From Lophium mytilinum (Eukaryota), in contig MU004190.1 in NCBI GenBank assembly GCA_010093605.1, positions 1,571,599 through 1,635,598 of the forward strand: 64,000 nt of DNA, in the 5' to 3' direction. A model generated the notes under the pieces. It did not search any database and had not been told where the DNA came from. It saw only the letters and a program-made list of their open reading frames with translations. This document shows, piece by piece, positions 1 to 12,274 of this stretch. Each line of letters begins with the position of its first letter. Positions within the stretch are counted from its first letter, which is position 1. The translations under genes and the position numbers were made by a program.

Positions 1-808
1 TTGCTAGTCAACTTGGCACTCTCCTTCGCGCGTTCTGGCCACAGGACGGGCATCCTGGACACTGATATCTTTGGGCCCTCAATACCAACCCTTCTGAATC
101 TCTCTGGCGAGCCCAGGCTATCCTCGAGTTAGTCCGTACTTTCGTCGTTGCCTTCGCGCTACCATTTGTTAAGCTTCTCGTCAGACAACCAACTCATTCC
201 GCTATCAAATTATGGGGTCAAATCCATGTCCATGGGCTACCTGATTCCGGAAGCCTCACCCGTTGCGTGGCGAGGCTTGATGGTCATGAAGGCGCTACAA
301 CAACTTCTGCATGAGGTAGACTGGGGCGGACTTGATGTCTTGGTTCTAGATCTACCTCCCGGCACAGGGGACGTTCAATTGACAATCACGCAACAAGTCA
401 AGTTAGATGGTAAATTGTCGTACTAATTTCTCTATGTGCACTGGATTAAACACATTTCTAGGTGCAATCATCATCTCCACCCCTCAAGACCTCGCCCTTA
501 AAGATGCTATCAAAGGCGTCGCCCTCTTCAACAAAGTGTCCGTCCCGCTCCTCGGACTCGTCTCCAACATGTCCGCATTCATATGCCCTACCTGCTCGAC
601 GTCGCATCCCATATTCGGCTCGCCGGCTCACATCGCGAAGATGTGTGAGGATCAAAAGCTACGTCTGCTCGGGGAGATTCCTCTACATCCTAGCATATGT
701 GTGGACGCAGATCGAGGAAAGCCGACTGTAGTCGCGGAACCAGACAGCCTGCGTGCGAAGGCTTTTGAAAGCATTGCGAAGACCGCAGGAGAGCTTGTAG
801 GACTATGA
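1..808 (+). CDS. IND1: Mrp/NBP35-family P-loop ATPase, Ind1/NUBPL-like Fe-S assembly factor (5'-truncated by window edge; introns ~128-184, ~410-461)
   Basis: Motifs [47 protein letters not shown] and NMS-x-FxCPxC; the frame is restored across two GT..AG introns. Confidence 0.85.
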
Positions 809-2483
809 GAGAGTTGCTGTCGACAACGAATGTTTTAAGGTAGCAACGTTGAGGGTAAGAACGTGTACAAACACTGCAAGAAATGTACATACTTGTCACA
901 TTTCATTCCAACTCGAGAAGTCAAACCTCGTTTCGTGTCTCACCTTTATTGCATTCTTATCCATGAACCGGACACCCCCGACTCAATACCCTCAACGCTC
1001 CACCCAAAACAAAACCCTTCGTACGACATTCCAGACTCTTCGAATCAATCAAGTCTCAGACTCATCAACTCCACCATCATCCCTGGCATCTCGGTTCCAC
1101 CCACGCCCTCCCTTCATCGACACGCGACGTCCCCGAAACCATCGCGCGCCTCATACGCGAGAGCCACCACGTGCAACCGCCCGCGTCACCCCACCAAGGA
1201 CCAGGTACCCCGAGCCCGAATCCCGCCTCCAGATGCCCGGACACACACCCCCTCGCAAAGCTGTCTGGATTAAAGACGAGCAGCCAAGTGGCCGAGAGTG
1301 CTTCCCAAAATAGTATTAACTCGGCCCGATTCTAACACAGTACGGCACCGCGTACGGCAGTGTATTAGAGATTGAGAGGGGATGTTGGGGTTTACGTGTG
1401 TCTGAAACATGGCCTCATATCGAGCGGCGTGGTGGAATCCGTAGGTGTGTCAAGGCTGGCGCTAGCGATTGGTGGCCGGGGAGTACTAGGTGGGAGGCTG
1501 GGTTGGTGTGGCACAGGAGCGAGCGAGAGGATGGAGGAATGGTAGGAGTTTTTTAGTAAGGCTGGAGGAGCTGGATCTAAGCCGGGTGCGGCTGAGCAGA
1601 TGTTGGACAGGTTATTCGTATCTGCAGGACGGGGGCCATGAACCTCACAAGCAATCGAGAGTCAGATTCAACGTTACAAGAAGGCGGCATTGGAAGGTTT
1701 TACGAGGACAAAATAGTTAAAGGTTTATCCTACAGTTCCAACAGCTGGATATACAGCAACAACATCTATCGGCAGTGCGCCACATAGTAGCAAACACGCC
1801 CTACGTACAATTGAGTGTTGAGCATATGTGGTGATCCATCCCAGCCTTCCTAAGCCCTCAATAATTCCTCCGCAAGCAAGGTAAAAACATAACCAAAAAG
1901 GTAGTCCACAGGTAGAAGAGAAAACAAAGCCATGATCCCTGGGGTGAGCAGGGAAAAGGCCGAAATGGGGTATCAAAATACAGGCTCCACCATTTGGAAG
2001 TTCTCTCGAGTGCGTCGCTGGGACGACGAAGTGAAAGGGGGCAAAATGCTAGCATCTTGGGGTTTGAGTTGGTGCGTGTCGCGCAGGTAGAACGGAAACG
2101 TATATGTAGCTCGCGGGGTTCAAAAAGAATGAATCCTCCCGTGATTTGTCGGTTCGTGCTTTGCGAACGCGTTCGAATGCGCATGTGCAAGAAAGTGGTT
2201 GCTGTAAACAACAAAACAGATCGCAGGACTCGGGAAGACCATAGCATCCACGAGTCGGGGTAAGGGGTAGTAGTGTGAGGTGGGGAAAAAGGTTGAATGG
2301 GTTTCGGACATGAAGCATCAATCATCGTATCGACCTTGGCTCGCTCGCAAGGCCCCTCGCTAAAGTAAAAACTGCATCAAGCACTCCAGCTCCGGGAGAA
2401 AATGGGGCGCATAATCGACAAGTCGTTTATGCGGGATAGAAGAAGAGGTAGACGCACTCAAAGTTCCGTAGGAACTCGAAGGG

Positions 2484-2921
2484 CTACAGGGCAAGGTAGC
2501 CCACGCCAGCGGCTATCGCAGCGACAAGCGCGTTTGCGTTGAGATGCGACGCAGCGCCGGTGAAGGTGGGTACAGCGCCCGTGGTGGTTGGGTTGGGCAG
2601 AGATCCAGAGCCAGTGCCAGTGGGGTAGTAAGCGCCGGTGCTGCTCACAGTGTAGTTGGACACCGACGAGAAAGACGCAACGGAGGTGCCGTACGAAGTC
2701 GGGTAGTAGACCGGGGTCGGGCTCGGGGTGCTGGAGCTGCTGGAGCTGCTGGAGCTGCTGGGGCTGCTAGAGGCAGGAGGAGTGCCGGTCTTGGTCTCGG
2801 TGTGCACGAGGTAGACGGTCTTGGTCGAGTAGAAGGTGGACACGGTGGTTCCCTCGTAGTCGCCAGCGAAGGCAAAGGGGGCGAAGGCCGCGAGGGCGAC
2901 GAGGACGGCGGCGAATTTCAT
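2484..2921 (-). CDS. Small Ser/Thr-rich secreted, probably GPI-anchored cell-wall protein
   Basis: Signal peptide MKFAAVLVALAAFAPFAFA, S/T/P-rich body, C-terminal FTGAAS plus hydrophobic tail typical of GPI signals. Confidence 0.8.
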   Translation of the reverse strand: MKFAAVLVALAAFAPFAFAGDYEGTTVSTFYSTKTVYLVHTETKTGTPPASSSPSSSSSSSSSSTPSPTPVYYPTSYGTSVASFSSVSNYTVSSTGAYYPTGTGSGSLPNPTTTGAVPTFTGAASHLNANALVAAIAAGVGYLAL

Positions 2922-5574
2922 CGTGCTGGTGGTTTGCGATATCAATATGCTGTATAGCTGTTGATAGAGATGCGAATGCGCAAGGCAATGGCGCAGACTG
3001 AAGCTTTATGAAGCGGACAGGTGTCGAGACAGGTCGACGAAAGAGTGTTTCTGAAGCTGAATTGGCGTTTCTGGCGATTGCGTGCGACTGAAGCGGCGGG
3101 TCGTGTGCGTGGTGTGTGCGTGCGACGGTTTGTTGATGCGCCGGGACAGTGTTGAGGCTTAATTGTTTCGAAGATAGTTTGAATGGCTGAAAAGGAGTGT
3201 GAGTGCTAGGCACGGCCTGAGTAGGTCAAAAGAGTGACTGGGAGAGAAGCTGAAGGTGGAGCTGGAGACGAGGAGCAACGGGTGAGGAAGAAGAGGCTGA
3301 CCGGGAGAAGCGCGGGTTATGAGCGCTCTGCAGCTAAGATTGCATACGCTCGGACCATCCCAACGCTGGCCGGCAGGGCGACAAGGGCTTAAATTTTCAC
3401 AGCGGCGCGAGGCCGAGTGTGGCATAGCCATCAGATGATCGCTTGGGGCACCCAGATTTGTCTCACTCGTCCCGGCGCCTGGGGAAGCCGGTAAACTGCG
3501 ATGGCGGAGGGATGTTTTGTGCACGCCTAGTGGATACATTATAGCCAGCACACTAAAGCTATGACTAGGGGACGTGGTTGAGTTTCTCAGGTGATACAGA
3601 CGAGGAGCAGAGACAGGAACAGCGATGATAGGAAACATTCCTGAATTCCTTACTGAGGCCCCGAACGCGAATGGGAATACCTCTTCTATTGCTCGATATG
3701 AGTTTGATTACCCAGAGTATCTTACCCTGAACCTCTTGCTTCTTTGCTCGAGTCTCAGTGATCGACGTGTCAAGTCGTTATAATGTACGGTGGTGGAGGT
3801 TGATCAGTCCAGTCGTTAAAGTGCGTCGTTAAAATGCAGGGATGTTGCAGACCTATGCAGATGTTGTGCAAGCCAAGCCTGGAGAATTTACCCTCCCCCT
3901 CCTCCAGCGGCAGCTCGTGACGGCGCGAGTCGTGAGTGGTCAGACGGAGATGAGGCACTTCTGGTCCTCTAACGGCTCTTGATCACGATCATCTCCATTC
4001 GCCTCGCCTTGGACCCTCCTTTAACCACCACCATCGCGCAATTTCCTCGCCCAACCGCACATGCGCCGACCTGCCTCATCCGAGGCTCTCTCCCCCGCCC
4101 TCGTCTTTCTCATCTTTCTTATCTTTAATCCTCTCGCGCCATGACGCTCCTCCATTGTGCCTCAGCGCTGCCTGCTGCGCCCGCTACATGAAACGGGCGC
4201 GTTATTTTCGTCGCCCAGGCACACCCACAGGCCCGAGCAAAGCCTGCCCACCCAGCCTCATCAGTCGCCGGTGCAGTGCGGCGGCGGTGCCACAGCCACG
4301 AGCGAGAAAAGCCTGCCACGTCCGTGGCACGCCGGAAACCGCAGCTGTCGCAGAGCCTGTCCGCCCAACGAGCCCCCTCCGTGTTGCATCTTGTGCCACG
4401 CTGCTGCTGTCACCGACTAATCGCCAGCTGGGCCCCTGCGATGGCGAATCGCCGTTGCAGACCCGCGTTGCGCCACTGCCTTCGAGACCCTTTGAGAAGC
4501 CGGCGCTTTCATGACTGAGTGCCTCCGAAGCCCGCCAAGAGTCTGTCTTCACGATGCTCAAAGGAGCGGAAATCGTTGGAGGCTACGAAAAGAGCGCTAA
4601 CGCAATAATGCGCTTCAGGAGATGGTTCGATCGTCCTGCTGTGCCTCCGGCTCCGCGAAGCCGTGCCCATTCCCAGCTCTTTTCGTTGTATGGTAGCATT
4701 CTCAGTCAGATGACCGCTCCATTCGCGCCTTGTGCTACACACAACGTGGCCATCCCGACAGCGCAGTGGAGAGATTCGCGCGCGGAAGAACTAGGCTGGA
4801 AACACGACCCAGCACCCAGAAGCTGGTTCAGCTTGAGATGCGCAGAAGAGTGATATTGCGCTGACCCAGTCTTGGCTCTTTTGAAGGGAATGAACTCTGC
4901 CCTCGTTCGACCGTGATTGATGTACGACTCTGCAAATTGGGAAAACATTAGAGCAGCCTCAAGAATGGCGCTAATGACCAGATGCTGTCGATACGGCGAG
5001 CTGGGGGTGGCGCGCCTTTCTAATCTGCGTTCGCGAACTGGGCCTCAAGGCGCGACTCGCTCAACGTTATAAAACGAAGAAGGCCGGGCGTGCAAATCAG
5101 ACGTGGGAGAGACCAAAAAGGGGCGCAAATGGAACCATTGGCTTGGTAGTAATTTGAAGACTTCATTAGGCGCCCTATGGTTAGGCTAGGTCGTCCAAGA
5201 CCAGTAATACCATCCCCAGCGAATCCCCTCCCCTTCCCCTGTACATCTTGCGAGAATGTCCGACCCCGATAAATCATGTCGCATATCAGAATGGAAGATC
5301 AAAGCTGGTACAAGTACAGGCTCGTGGAGTCGTAGACTGCCCGCCGTCGCTGAATCTGCAGTCCTTACGCCGAATGCTGATAAACCGACGCCCATAAAAT
5401 CGTCCATGATTTTGGTATATCCAAAAAGACTCGCCACATTCGCCCAGTTCCCACGCACCTACATTAATAGAGTGCTGCCGTATGTGCAATGGGTTGAAAG
5501 CCTAGGAGGACCGTACGGGTTGCCTCGCAGCTTGCTCGCGCGTCCATTTCATAGTCGGTCGCTGAGTAGACGCT

Positions 5575-7317
5575 TTACTCGCTGTCGACAATCTCGGTGC
5601 TCTCCCACAGCCTGCGACAGATCTCATCGACTTCGTTGCGCACTCGTCCGTTGTCGCTGTCGAAGCTCTGCCGGCCCTCCACATCGCCACGTGCCCCGTC
5701 GAAACTAACACGTGATCTGCGCCGATCTGCGCCATCTCCCGCACTGCCGGAATCGCGAAAGCTTGTGCTCGGACTCTCTCCAATCCCATCCAACGTGCTG
5801 CCAACGGCGACGAATCCATTGGCGATGGAGGACTGCATTGTTGCTGTTTTCCGCGGCCGGCTGGGCATCTGGTCCAGTCGATTGATCGCATCCATAAGAG
5901 GATTGCGGAATCTGCGGATGACATTGTATTCCTGTGATATGTGCTCGAATTGGTGCTTCAAGCGGGGATCTAGACGCCCTTCACTGCTGGCTGCATATGG
6001 CAATCCAGAATTCAGGAGGGTGGGGCCGCCAGTCCGGGGAAGGATCACCGGGGTCAGATTCTGCGGCTCGATGTTCGACGACGCGCGCTGGAGCAACAGC
6101 TTCTGCTGCGTTCTTGATGGCGGCAAGTCTGTAGGAGTGCTCGTCCCTGACCGACGCGACTGCGCTCTTGAATGTGTCGCGGTGGCTGCCATATTGGGGG
6201 TAGACTTGTTGCGTTGTTGGGCGCTGAGGTCTGCTGATTGCGCTTTGGGTGAATTGCGCGGCGGTAGGAAGTTGCTGTTAGGCGTGCCGCCAGAGCTATC
6301 GCCGTCCATAAACCTTGATACTAGGTCTCTTCCAGGTGTATCTGCCAGTGTCGAGCCTTGACTGTGGCCCACCGACCGCCCTTCATGCGAATCCGGCACT
6401 GCTGTAGCTGATATCGAGGACATTTGTGGAGGGATATGATGCGATGCGCTGCGCTGGAGAAGTCTTGAAGTGATCATGTCTGCGTCTGGAGGCCTAGAGT
6501 GGTGTGAGCTGCTGCCGTTGGGCTGCTTGGGTGGGTAGACCTGATCAGGCTGATAGCGGGTCATTGGCGAGGGAGGCGTCTGGTAATCTGGAATCTTTGA
6601 TACAGGCCTGACTGGCTCAGACGTCTCAGTTTCCGACTCTTCTGGCGATGGCGCCTTGCTGGAATCCAGTATAACGGAGTTTTGCCGAGTATTGGAACGT
6701 GTCGTGGTTGGCGATTGTGACGCGCTTTCCTCCGTCCATGCGTCGTCCTGCGCCTCTTCGTTCCCTACATCGAAGTGCACCGTGGGGTGATCTTCCGGCG
6801 AGTGGCGTGTCTTTCCGGGGTGCGTAAGTGAGCGCTTTGGTGGTGCGATCTCGTTCTTGGTAGGCTTCAGCATGTTCTTAGTCGAGCCCTGCCGGGAGAG
6901 GTGGCCGCTCGAGAGGTTCTTCTTCAGCGCGGCGTGGGTATGGGTGTGCGTGTTGTGCCTCACTATGCCGACCGTGGAAGCATTGCGCTTGAAGCCCGGA
7001 CGCGCGGGACTGGTGGGTGTGGAGGTTGAGTTTCCCGAGAGCGAGCGGCGATGGTGTTTGGCACCTGCAGCCGCATCGCCTCCCTGGGCCTGGGCGACCT
7101 TGCTCAGCTTGTTGAGATTCTTGCCGAATGAGGTATTGCGCGGGCCCATGCGGCTCTGGCCGACGACGTGTCTCTGGTGTTTGTGAGGAGCGGCCTTTTG
7201 GGACGACGAGATGCCATCCGAGGGCGACTGCGACGTCACGAAGGAAGACGAGGACGACTGCCTGACAGACGGAGGCCGTCTCGGCTGCGACTGGGCGTCC
7301 TGGGAGGAGGGCGCCAT
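5575..7317 (-). CDS. TCO89: TORC1 subunit Tco89-like protein
   Basis: Long low-complexity S/R-rich ORF with the C-terminal motifs SRTQQKLLLQRASS and ISQEYNVIRRFRNPLMDAINRL, which I recognise from Tco89-family proteins; ATG taken at 7317. Confidence 0.7.
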   Translation of the reverse strand: MAPSSQDAQSQPRRPPSVRQSSSSSFVTSQSPSDGISSSQKAAPHKHQRHVVGQSRMGPRNTSFGKNLNKLSKVAQAQGGDAAAGAKHHRRSLSGNSTSTPTSPARPGFKRNASTVGIVRHNTHTHTHAALKKNLSSGHLSRQGSTKNMLKPTKNEIAPPKRSLTHPGKTRHSPEDHPTVHFDVGNEEAQDDAWTEESASQSPTTTRSNTRQNSVILDSSKAPSPEESETETSEPVRPVSKIPDYQTPPSPMTRYQPDQVYPPKQPNGSSSHHSRPPDADMITSRLLQRSASHHIPPQMSSISATAVPDSHEGRSVGHSQGSTLADTPGRDLVSRFMDGDSSGGTPNSNFLPPRNSPKAQSADLSAQQRNKSTPNMAATATHSRAQSRRSGTSTPTDLPPSRTQQKLLLQRASSNIEPQNLTPVILPRTGGPTLLNSGLPYAASSEGRLDPRLKHQFEHISQEYNVIRRFRNPLMDAINRLDQMPSRPRKTATMQSSIANGFVAVGSTLDGIGESPSTSFRDSGSAGDGADRRRSRVSFDGARGDVEGRQSFDSDNGRVRNEVDEICRRLWESTEIVDSE

Positions 7318-9232
7318 GCTTACTTTTCTGCACGTCTGCCCGTCTGCAGTTCGCTGGATGTGTACGTCGGGCTTGGAGGCGAGGGCGAGGGACAAAGGCG
7401 CGCCTACGATCGGCGCGGCGCAACGGACTGGGTGAGAGGGCACCGCGAATGGGCTGTCTGGCGATGTCCTGGGCGTCTGCCGCAGCGGGGGCGCTGTTAG
7501 AGGGGTTCAATTGAGGTGTTGTACATACATGTACCCAACGATGCGCTGCAGCTGCTGGCGTGCAGCGACTTGCCCGATGCGGTGGGGCGGTGGCAGAATG
7601 AACCTGCCGTCCTTCACTCGTCTCAAGCGAGCTTCTTCATCCTTCACCCATCCCAACGAGCCTCTTCATCCTCATCTACTAGACTTCACGTCAAGTATCT
7701 TCTACCGATGCCATTTAGTCTGAGCCCTTCTCGCACAGTGACAAGCCTTCAGTCGTGCTCGGCGGTACTTTCCTTCATTGACACTGGCAGCAATTCACTT
7801 CTCCAACTACCTCTACTTCTCACAAGTTCTTTGGTTGGCCACTCTGCAGCATCTTTCATATCCTAAAGTCTCTCCATTAGCTCCCGCTCTTGGGTGGTTG
7901 CTATTATAAATAGATTCTCCTCTGTTACGTAGAAGTCCATGACCAATCCTACCCTTCGCAGTCGTCCAATGCCTCTCCTCCGACATTCAGTTCAATGCGA
8001 CGGTTGAATGAGCCGTATATCATCGTCAGCGCCCACAAAATAAGATCTCTCCCTATCCCCGTCTGATCTCTCTATTCCGTTCGTCATCACGTGATTCCCG
8101 TTCAGAAGCTCTGTGCTCGTTACAGTCTTATTCTGAGACGGGATCAGAAATCTCGAAAACGTGTCAGACCATTTCGAAACAGCAAAGGTACGACGAAATA
8201 GTGCCAACCGCCCCTTGCTTTTAGATGCTTATGTTTTGGAAAAAATAGTGCATACACAGTACAGACGACTGTGGCTACAGCGCAACTTGAAACTCACGGT
8301 TCTGCACACGGTCGTTAGTCACGATCAGCTACTCCAACAGACGCGAACATGCCTTTAGCATTGCATCCGTCAGTCTTATTCAGGAGGCATAGATCACTCT
8401 GCCCATTGCTATTCACCAAAAGTCTAAGTACTGGTGCTGGCGCGGACTAGATCGTCCCTCACCAAAAGGACCGCCAAAGTCGAAGTGGGCGAAGTAGAAA
8501 AGATCTTCGACGCCCTTCCGCCTGCGCCCATAGCGACTTTCGGGATCATGGAAAGGCTTCTCCGTAGACACTGGGCACTCTGGTTCTGAATAAACCGCGA
8601 AGTGTGATAAGCCCACAAGGACTTGTAGGGATAGACGATCTGGGGCCCATGTTTTCATTCGACGAGAAGGCCAATTATGTACAACGGCGTGCTGTCAACT
8701 ACAGTCGTTTACAGTAAGACGAGTATTCTTGGCCACTTCCAGCTCCTTGAAGATGAGATGGTCACGGGCATTTTAATACTCCTTTGTTTCCTAGGGAAAT
8801 CAACATTTACAAACACCTTACGCAATTGTGAACTGCCAATATCTACTGCCACTTTAATACTACTGCCCCTGCTTAGAATGCTTCTACAAGTTTCCACGTA
8901 GACCAAAGCTAAGAGTTTTCACATTTGCATTGAAGGACCTAAGCAGACAAGCGTAGTTTCTAAAACGACAGAATGCTTGCTGGATTTAGTAAGCCCCCTT
9001 TTTCATGCACAGCGTGCGAGTGCAGCCAGCGGTCACGCGCTATCAAGCTTCAGATGAACAACAGGTCTGATGAACGAACGTATATTGATTTCAGTCTAGG
9101 AAATGAAAGGAAAGCCAATGCCAACCACCCTGCCCCAGAGTGAGAAATGCTCTCGCTAAATTACGAAACCGTGCGCCACCTTCCCCCCTCCATGTGTCGT
9201 TTTTCAATTTCATTCTGGTTGAATATAGATAT

Positions 9233-10810
9233 CTAGGCCAAGTCCTTAGGGGTAGAAGGCTCGATAGCATCGACCTCCTCAACGCGGTCGAAAGACTTGG
9301 TGGGTGCGACAGGTTTGACCTTCTTCCCAAGCTCAAGAGGCTGGAGAGGCTTCAAGGGCTTGACGGGCTTGACTGGCTTGACTGGCTTGACGGGCTTGAC
9401 GGGCTTGACGGGCTTGACGGGCTTGACGGGCTTCACATACGGAACCTTGCGCCAGGGCCGTGAGGGCTTATCCGGCTGCTCGGGGGAGCTAGGCTTGGTC
9501 TCCTTGCAAGGCTTCTTGCCAGAGAAGTCTTTACCATCGTCCTTCCAGTCTGAAGGAAGCTGGCCGGTGCTCTTGTACTTGTGAATTGCCTGTCGATAGA
9601 TCCTGTTCCAATCGTTCGATTGGCAGCGTTGACCAACATGCCTGATCCGTTGCAGATAATCCGGGAGGGCGACAACGGTCCCGTTCTTGGGGTCCACCAC
9701 CTTGTCCTCTTCCCATGACTGCAGCTTGCGGTCGAACCAGTCAATCGTGCACCAGCTGCAAGAAGTCTGGTTTTCGCCTGGGCCGAAGGAGCGCTCACGG
9801 CGGTAGCCAGACCAATGTGCCCACGTGTCGTCGCACATGTCGTTCGCGGCCCCCCTGTACTTGTACCCAGGACGCTCAGTTCTCGCTATACGAGTGGCAC
9901 TCTCGATAAGGTCGAGGCCCTCGAGGTTGGCAGTGTTCATGCCGTCGACAACGAACCAGTCGTTGTACAGGTCATTGACACAGTAGTCTGAGCTGTAGTA
10001 AGAGAGGGGGTCCTTGCGACAGGTGTGCTCAAGACGACGCTGGATGGTCGAGATCACAGCAACGGGGCCGTCTTCAAGTCCCGGGTCGGCCGTGAAAGGA
10101 CCCAGGTAGTTTTCCATGTCGAACTTGTCGTCGGGCGTGCATTGAGATACGATGAGCTGGTAGGCTCGGTTGATAGAATCCGTGCAAGATCTCTGGCACA
10201 TTGGCCCGGAGTACTGAGTGGGATCAAGCTCGAATAGTGTTTCGTGCTTCCCGTTATCCCAAGAGCGGTTCCAGATCTTCTCGTGGCATGGAACGTAGGC
10301 GAGCGAGCTCCAGGCGGTCTGGCAGGCAGGGTTAGGGCCATATACCAGCGGAGGGAACACGGTAGGGAAATTGAGCCTGTTGTTCGAAGATTGCCATGGC
10401 TGGCTGAGGGGGATGTGAGTCCTCGGTTGATAGGATCGATAGTTTTGCGGGCAGTGGTCAGGACGTCGAGCGAGGATACCAGTGGAGATACTGAGGGCCA
10501 CAACGCTTGTAATCAGGAGACCGATGAAACCCATGATAGAAATGCTGGCCCAGCTTCGCTTTGAGCGCTTGGCGTTGGTCCCTGGACGACGGAACAAGCT
10601 CGCAAATCTCTGGAAGGGTCCTCGGCGGTGGGGGCAAGGCGTATCATTTCCACGAGTCCTGTGAGACAGAAGAGGTGCGCTAGTGCTGTAGAGACCTTCA
10701 TCGTCGCTAGCCTCGGCCTCGTCCCGAGTTGCTTCGACTCCGTCATCAATCCGCTCTTCGACCGGCTCCGCCGGCACAGGAGTGTAGTCCTGGGACGATG
10801 GTACACCCAT
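9233..10810 (-). CDS. Putative type II membrane protein with a Cys-rich ectodomain and a C-terminal (KPV)n repeat
   Basis: 525-aa ORF with one hydrophobic segment (ISIMGFIGLLITSVVALSISTGILA) after basic residues, several spaced cysteines and a KPV repeat. Confidence 0.7.
   Translation of the reverse strand: MGVPSSQDYTPVPAEPVEERIDDGVEATRDEAEASDDEGLYSTSAPLLSHRTRGNDTPCPHRRGPFQRFASLFRRPGTNAKRSKRSWASISIMGFIGLLITSVVALSISTGILARRPDHCPQNYRSYQPRTHIPLSQPWQSSNNRLNFPTVFPPLVYGPNPACQTAWSSLAYVPCHEKIWNRSWDNGKHETLFELDPTQYSGPMCQRSCTDSINRAYQLIVSQCTPDDKFDMENYLGPFTADPGLEDGPVAVISTIQRRLEHTCRKDPLSYYSSDYCVNDLYNDWFVVDGMNTANLEGLDLIESATRIARTERPGYKYRGAANDMCDDTWAHWSGYRRERSFGPGENQTSCSWCTIDWFDRKLQSWEEDKVVDPKNGTVVALPDYLQRIRHVGQRCQSNDWNRIYRQAIHKYKSTGQLPSDWKDDGKDFSGKKPCKETKPSSPEQPDKPSRPWRKVPYVKPVKPVKPVKPVKPVKPVKPVKPVKPLKPLQPLELGKKVKPVAPTKSFDRVEEVDAIEPSTPKDLA
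9351..9433. repeat. 9-bp coding tandem repeat (cttgacggg)n encoding KPV repeats
   Basis: About nine near-perfect 9-mers are directly visible. Confidence 0.9.
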
Positions 10811-12274
10811 CGCGGTGGTGTCGCGGGGTGATTAAATTAAGGAAATGTAGAAGTGATCGTCGTGTAGTGGAAGTAGTAAAGCTGTTGGTGGTGTAGAATA
10901 TTGACCACGGCAAGGACTGGAGATAAGAAGGAACAACAGAGGGACGATTAAGAGAAGTAGTAGTTCCTTGTTGCCTATGTGGTTGTTTGAGGGGCAACGA
11001 TAAAGATAGATAGGCTGATGGCCGCGTGTAAGGCTGTTTTCCACTGGCTGTGTATGCCTCGCAGGGCTTGGCTGAAACCGATGCGGACTACGGCGGAGAA
11101 TGGGGTAGTGCTGATTGGCACAGACGAACCCACAATGCCCCCGATTTACGCTTCAGGATGCTTATCCATGTAGTATACAGCAATACGAAGTCCGCCCTAG
11201 TTCCATACGGATAGCTTTGCGGGGCGGCGCAGCAGCAGCGCCAAACAGCGGTACATAGGTGCGAAAAAGGGTACTGATCTTACAAAGCACTGCGACTCTT
11301 ACTCGTTGCCGTGGTATTCGCATCTTCTGTGTACAAAACATGTCGATCTCAGGCGGATTTTGGCTACTCAAGGGCTCGGGGTTACGGTGTTGGTGTGTTG
11401 CAGCGTCTGCGCCGGCTCACAGGATCCATAGCCTTCAAGCAAGTGAGACATTGACCTTCCGTCACCAGCGAGGCTCACTTCTCATCATCAGTCATTTGCG
11501 TTTCCCTTTGGACGTGACCAGTACACGTAGAATGTCGCTGTGATGGTCCGCGAAGTCCAACTAATAGCTAGAGCATATGGACCGGAATAGGTGGAGTGTT
11601 GCTGGTCGCTGTGAGAGATGATTGGCCGCCATGACCTATTGCAGCACTCAACAATCTTTAGCTCTGGCATAGAGACAAATGATACCGAAAAGCTGTGCGT
11701 AAAGGGAAAACATCTCGGAAGTATGTTACGGCTCTTAGTCCATTTGATATCGATGCTTTCCTCTTATTATGCATTGTTTGTCCTTGTCCAGTTCGAAGGG
11801 AGTTCGAGACCTGTCTGCCACTATTCGAAGTGACTCGGTATATTGTCACCTGGATGGGACCTAGACCACCATATTGAACTATCACTCAGCTCATAGGGGA
11901 TCACCTTAGGCGGTGTCATCTGCGATCTTGTGAATGAGCCTGTACATGCCAAGCATCGTCATAAGACCTTACCAGCGCTGTGAAACCCAAGCTTGATCCA
12001 TCATACTTGAAGTCAGAAAGCTCGTCTTCATCTTGGGCAATTAAAGACTACGTCGTGCGGCACGACATTCAGCCGGATATAGTTGTGACCTCATTCCACC
12101 CGCGCTCTGGTTGCAGTAGTTCGTAAATCCCGCTAGTCCCGCTCCCGCATTCAGGCGGCATCACCATTGAAGCTTCCACACTTCACACCACTACCCGACA
12201 GCACAACGCCGCGCCCATTATATCTCTAGACCTACTACACCCTCCCCCGTTGCTGCCCCTATTCGCGCACAGCA

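Noticed and set aside
849..2330. Several 60-155 aa ORFs between IND1 and the GPI-protein gene
   Set aside because: Overlapping, low-information translations, many with non-ATG starts; more likely UTR or intergenic sequence.
3000..5500. Long GC-rich intergenic stretch with many short ORFs
   Set aside because: No coding signature or repeat structure found; consistent with an extended promoter of the cell-wall gene.
7700..8950. Short ORF fragments that might be a degraded gene
   Set aside because: No continuous frame, recognisable motif or convincing splice model.
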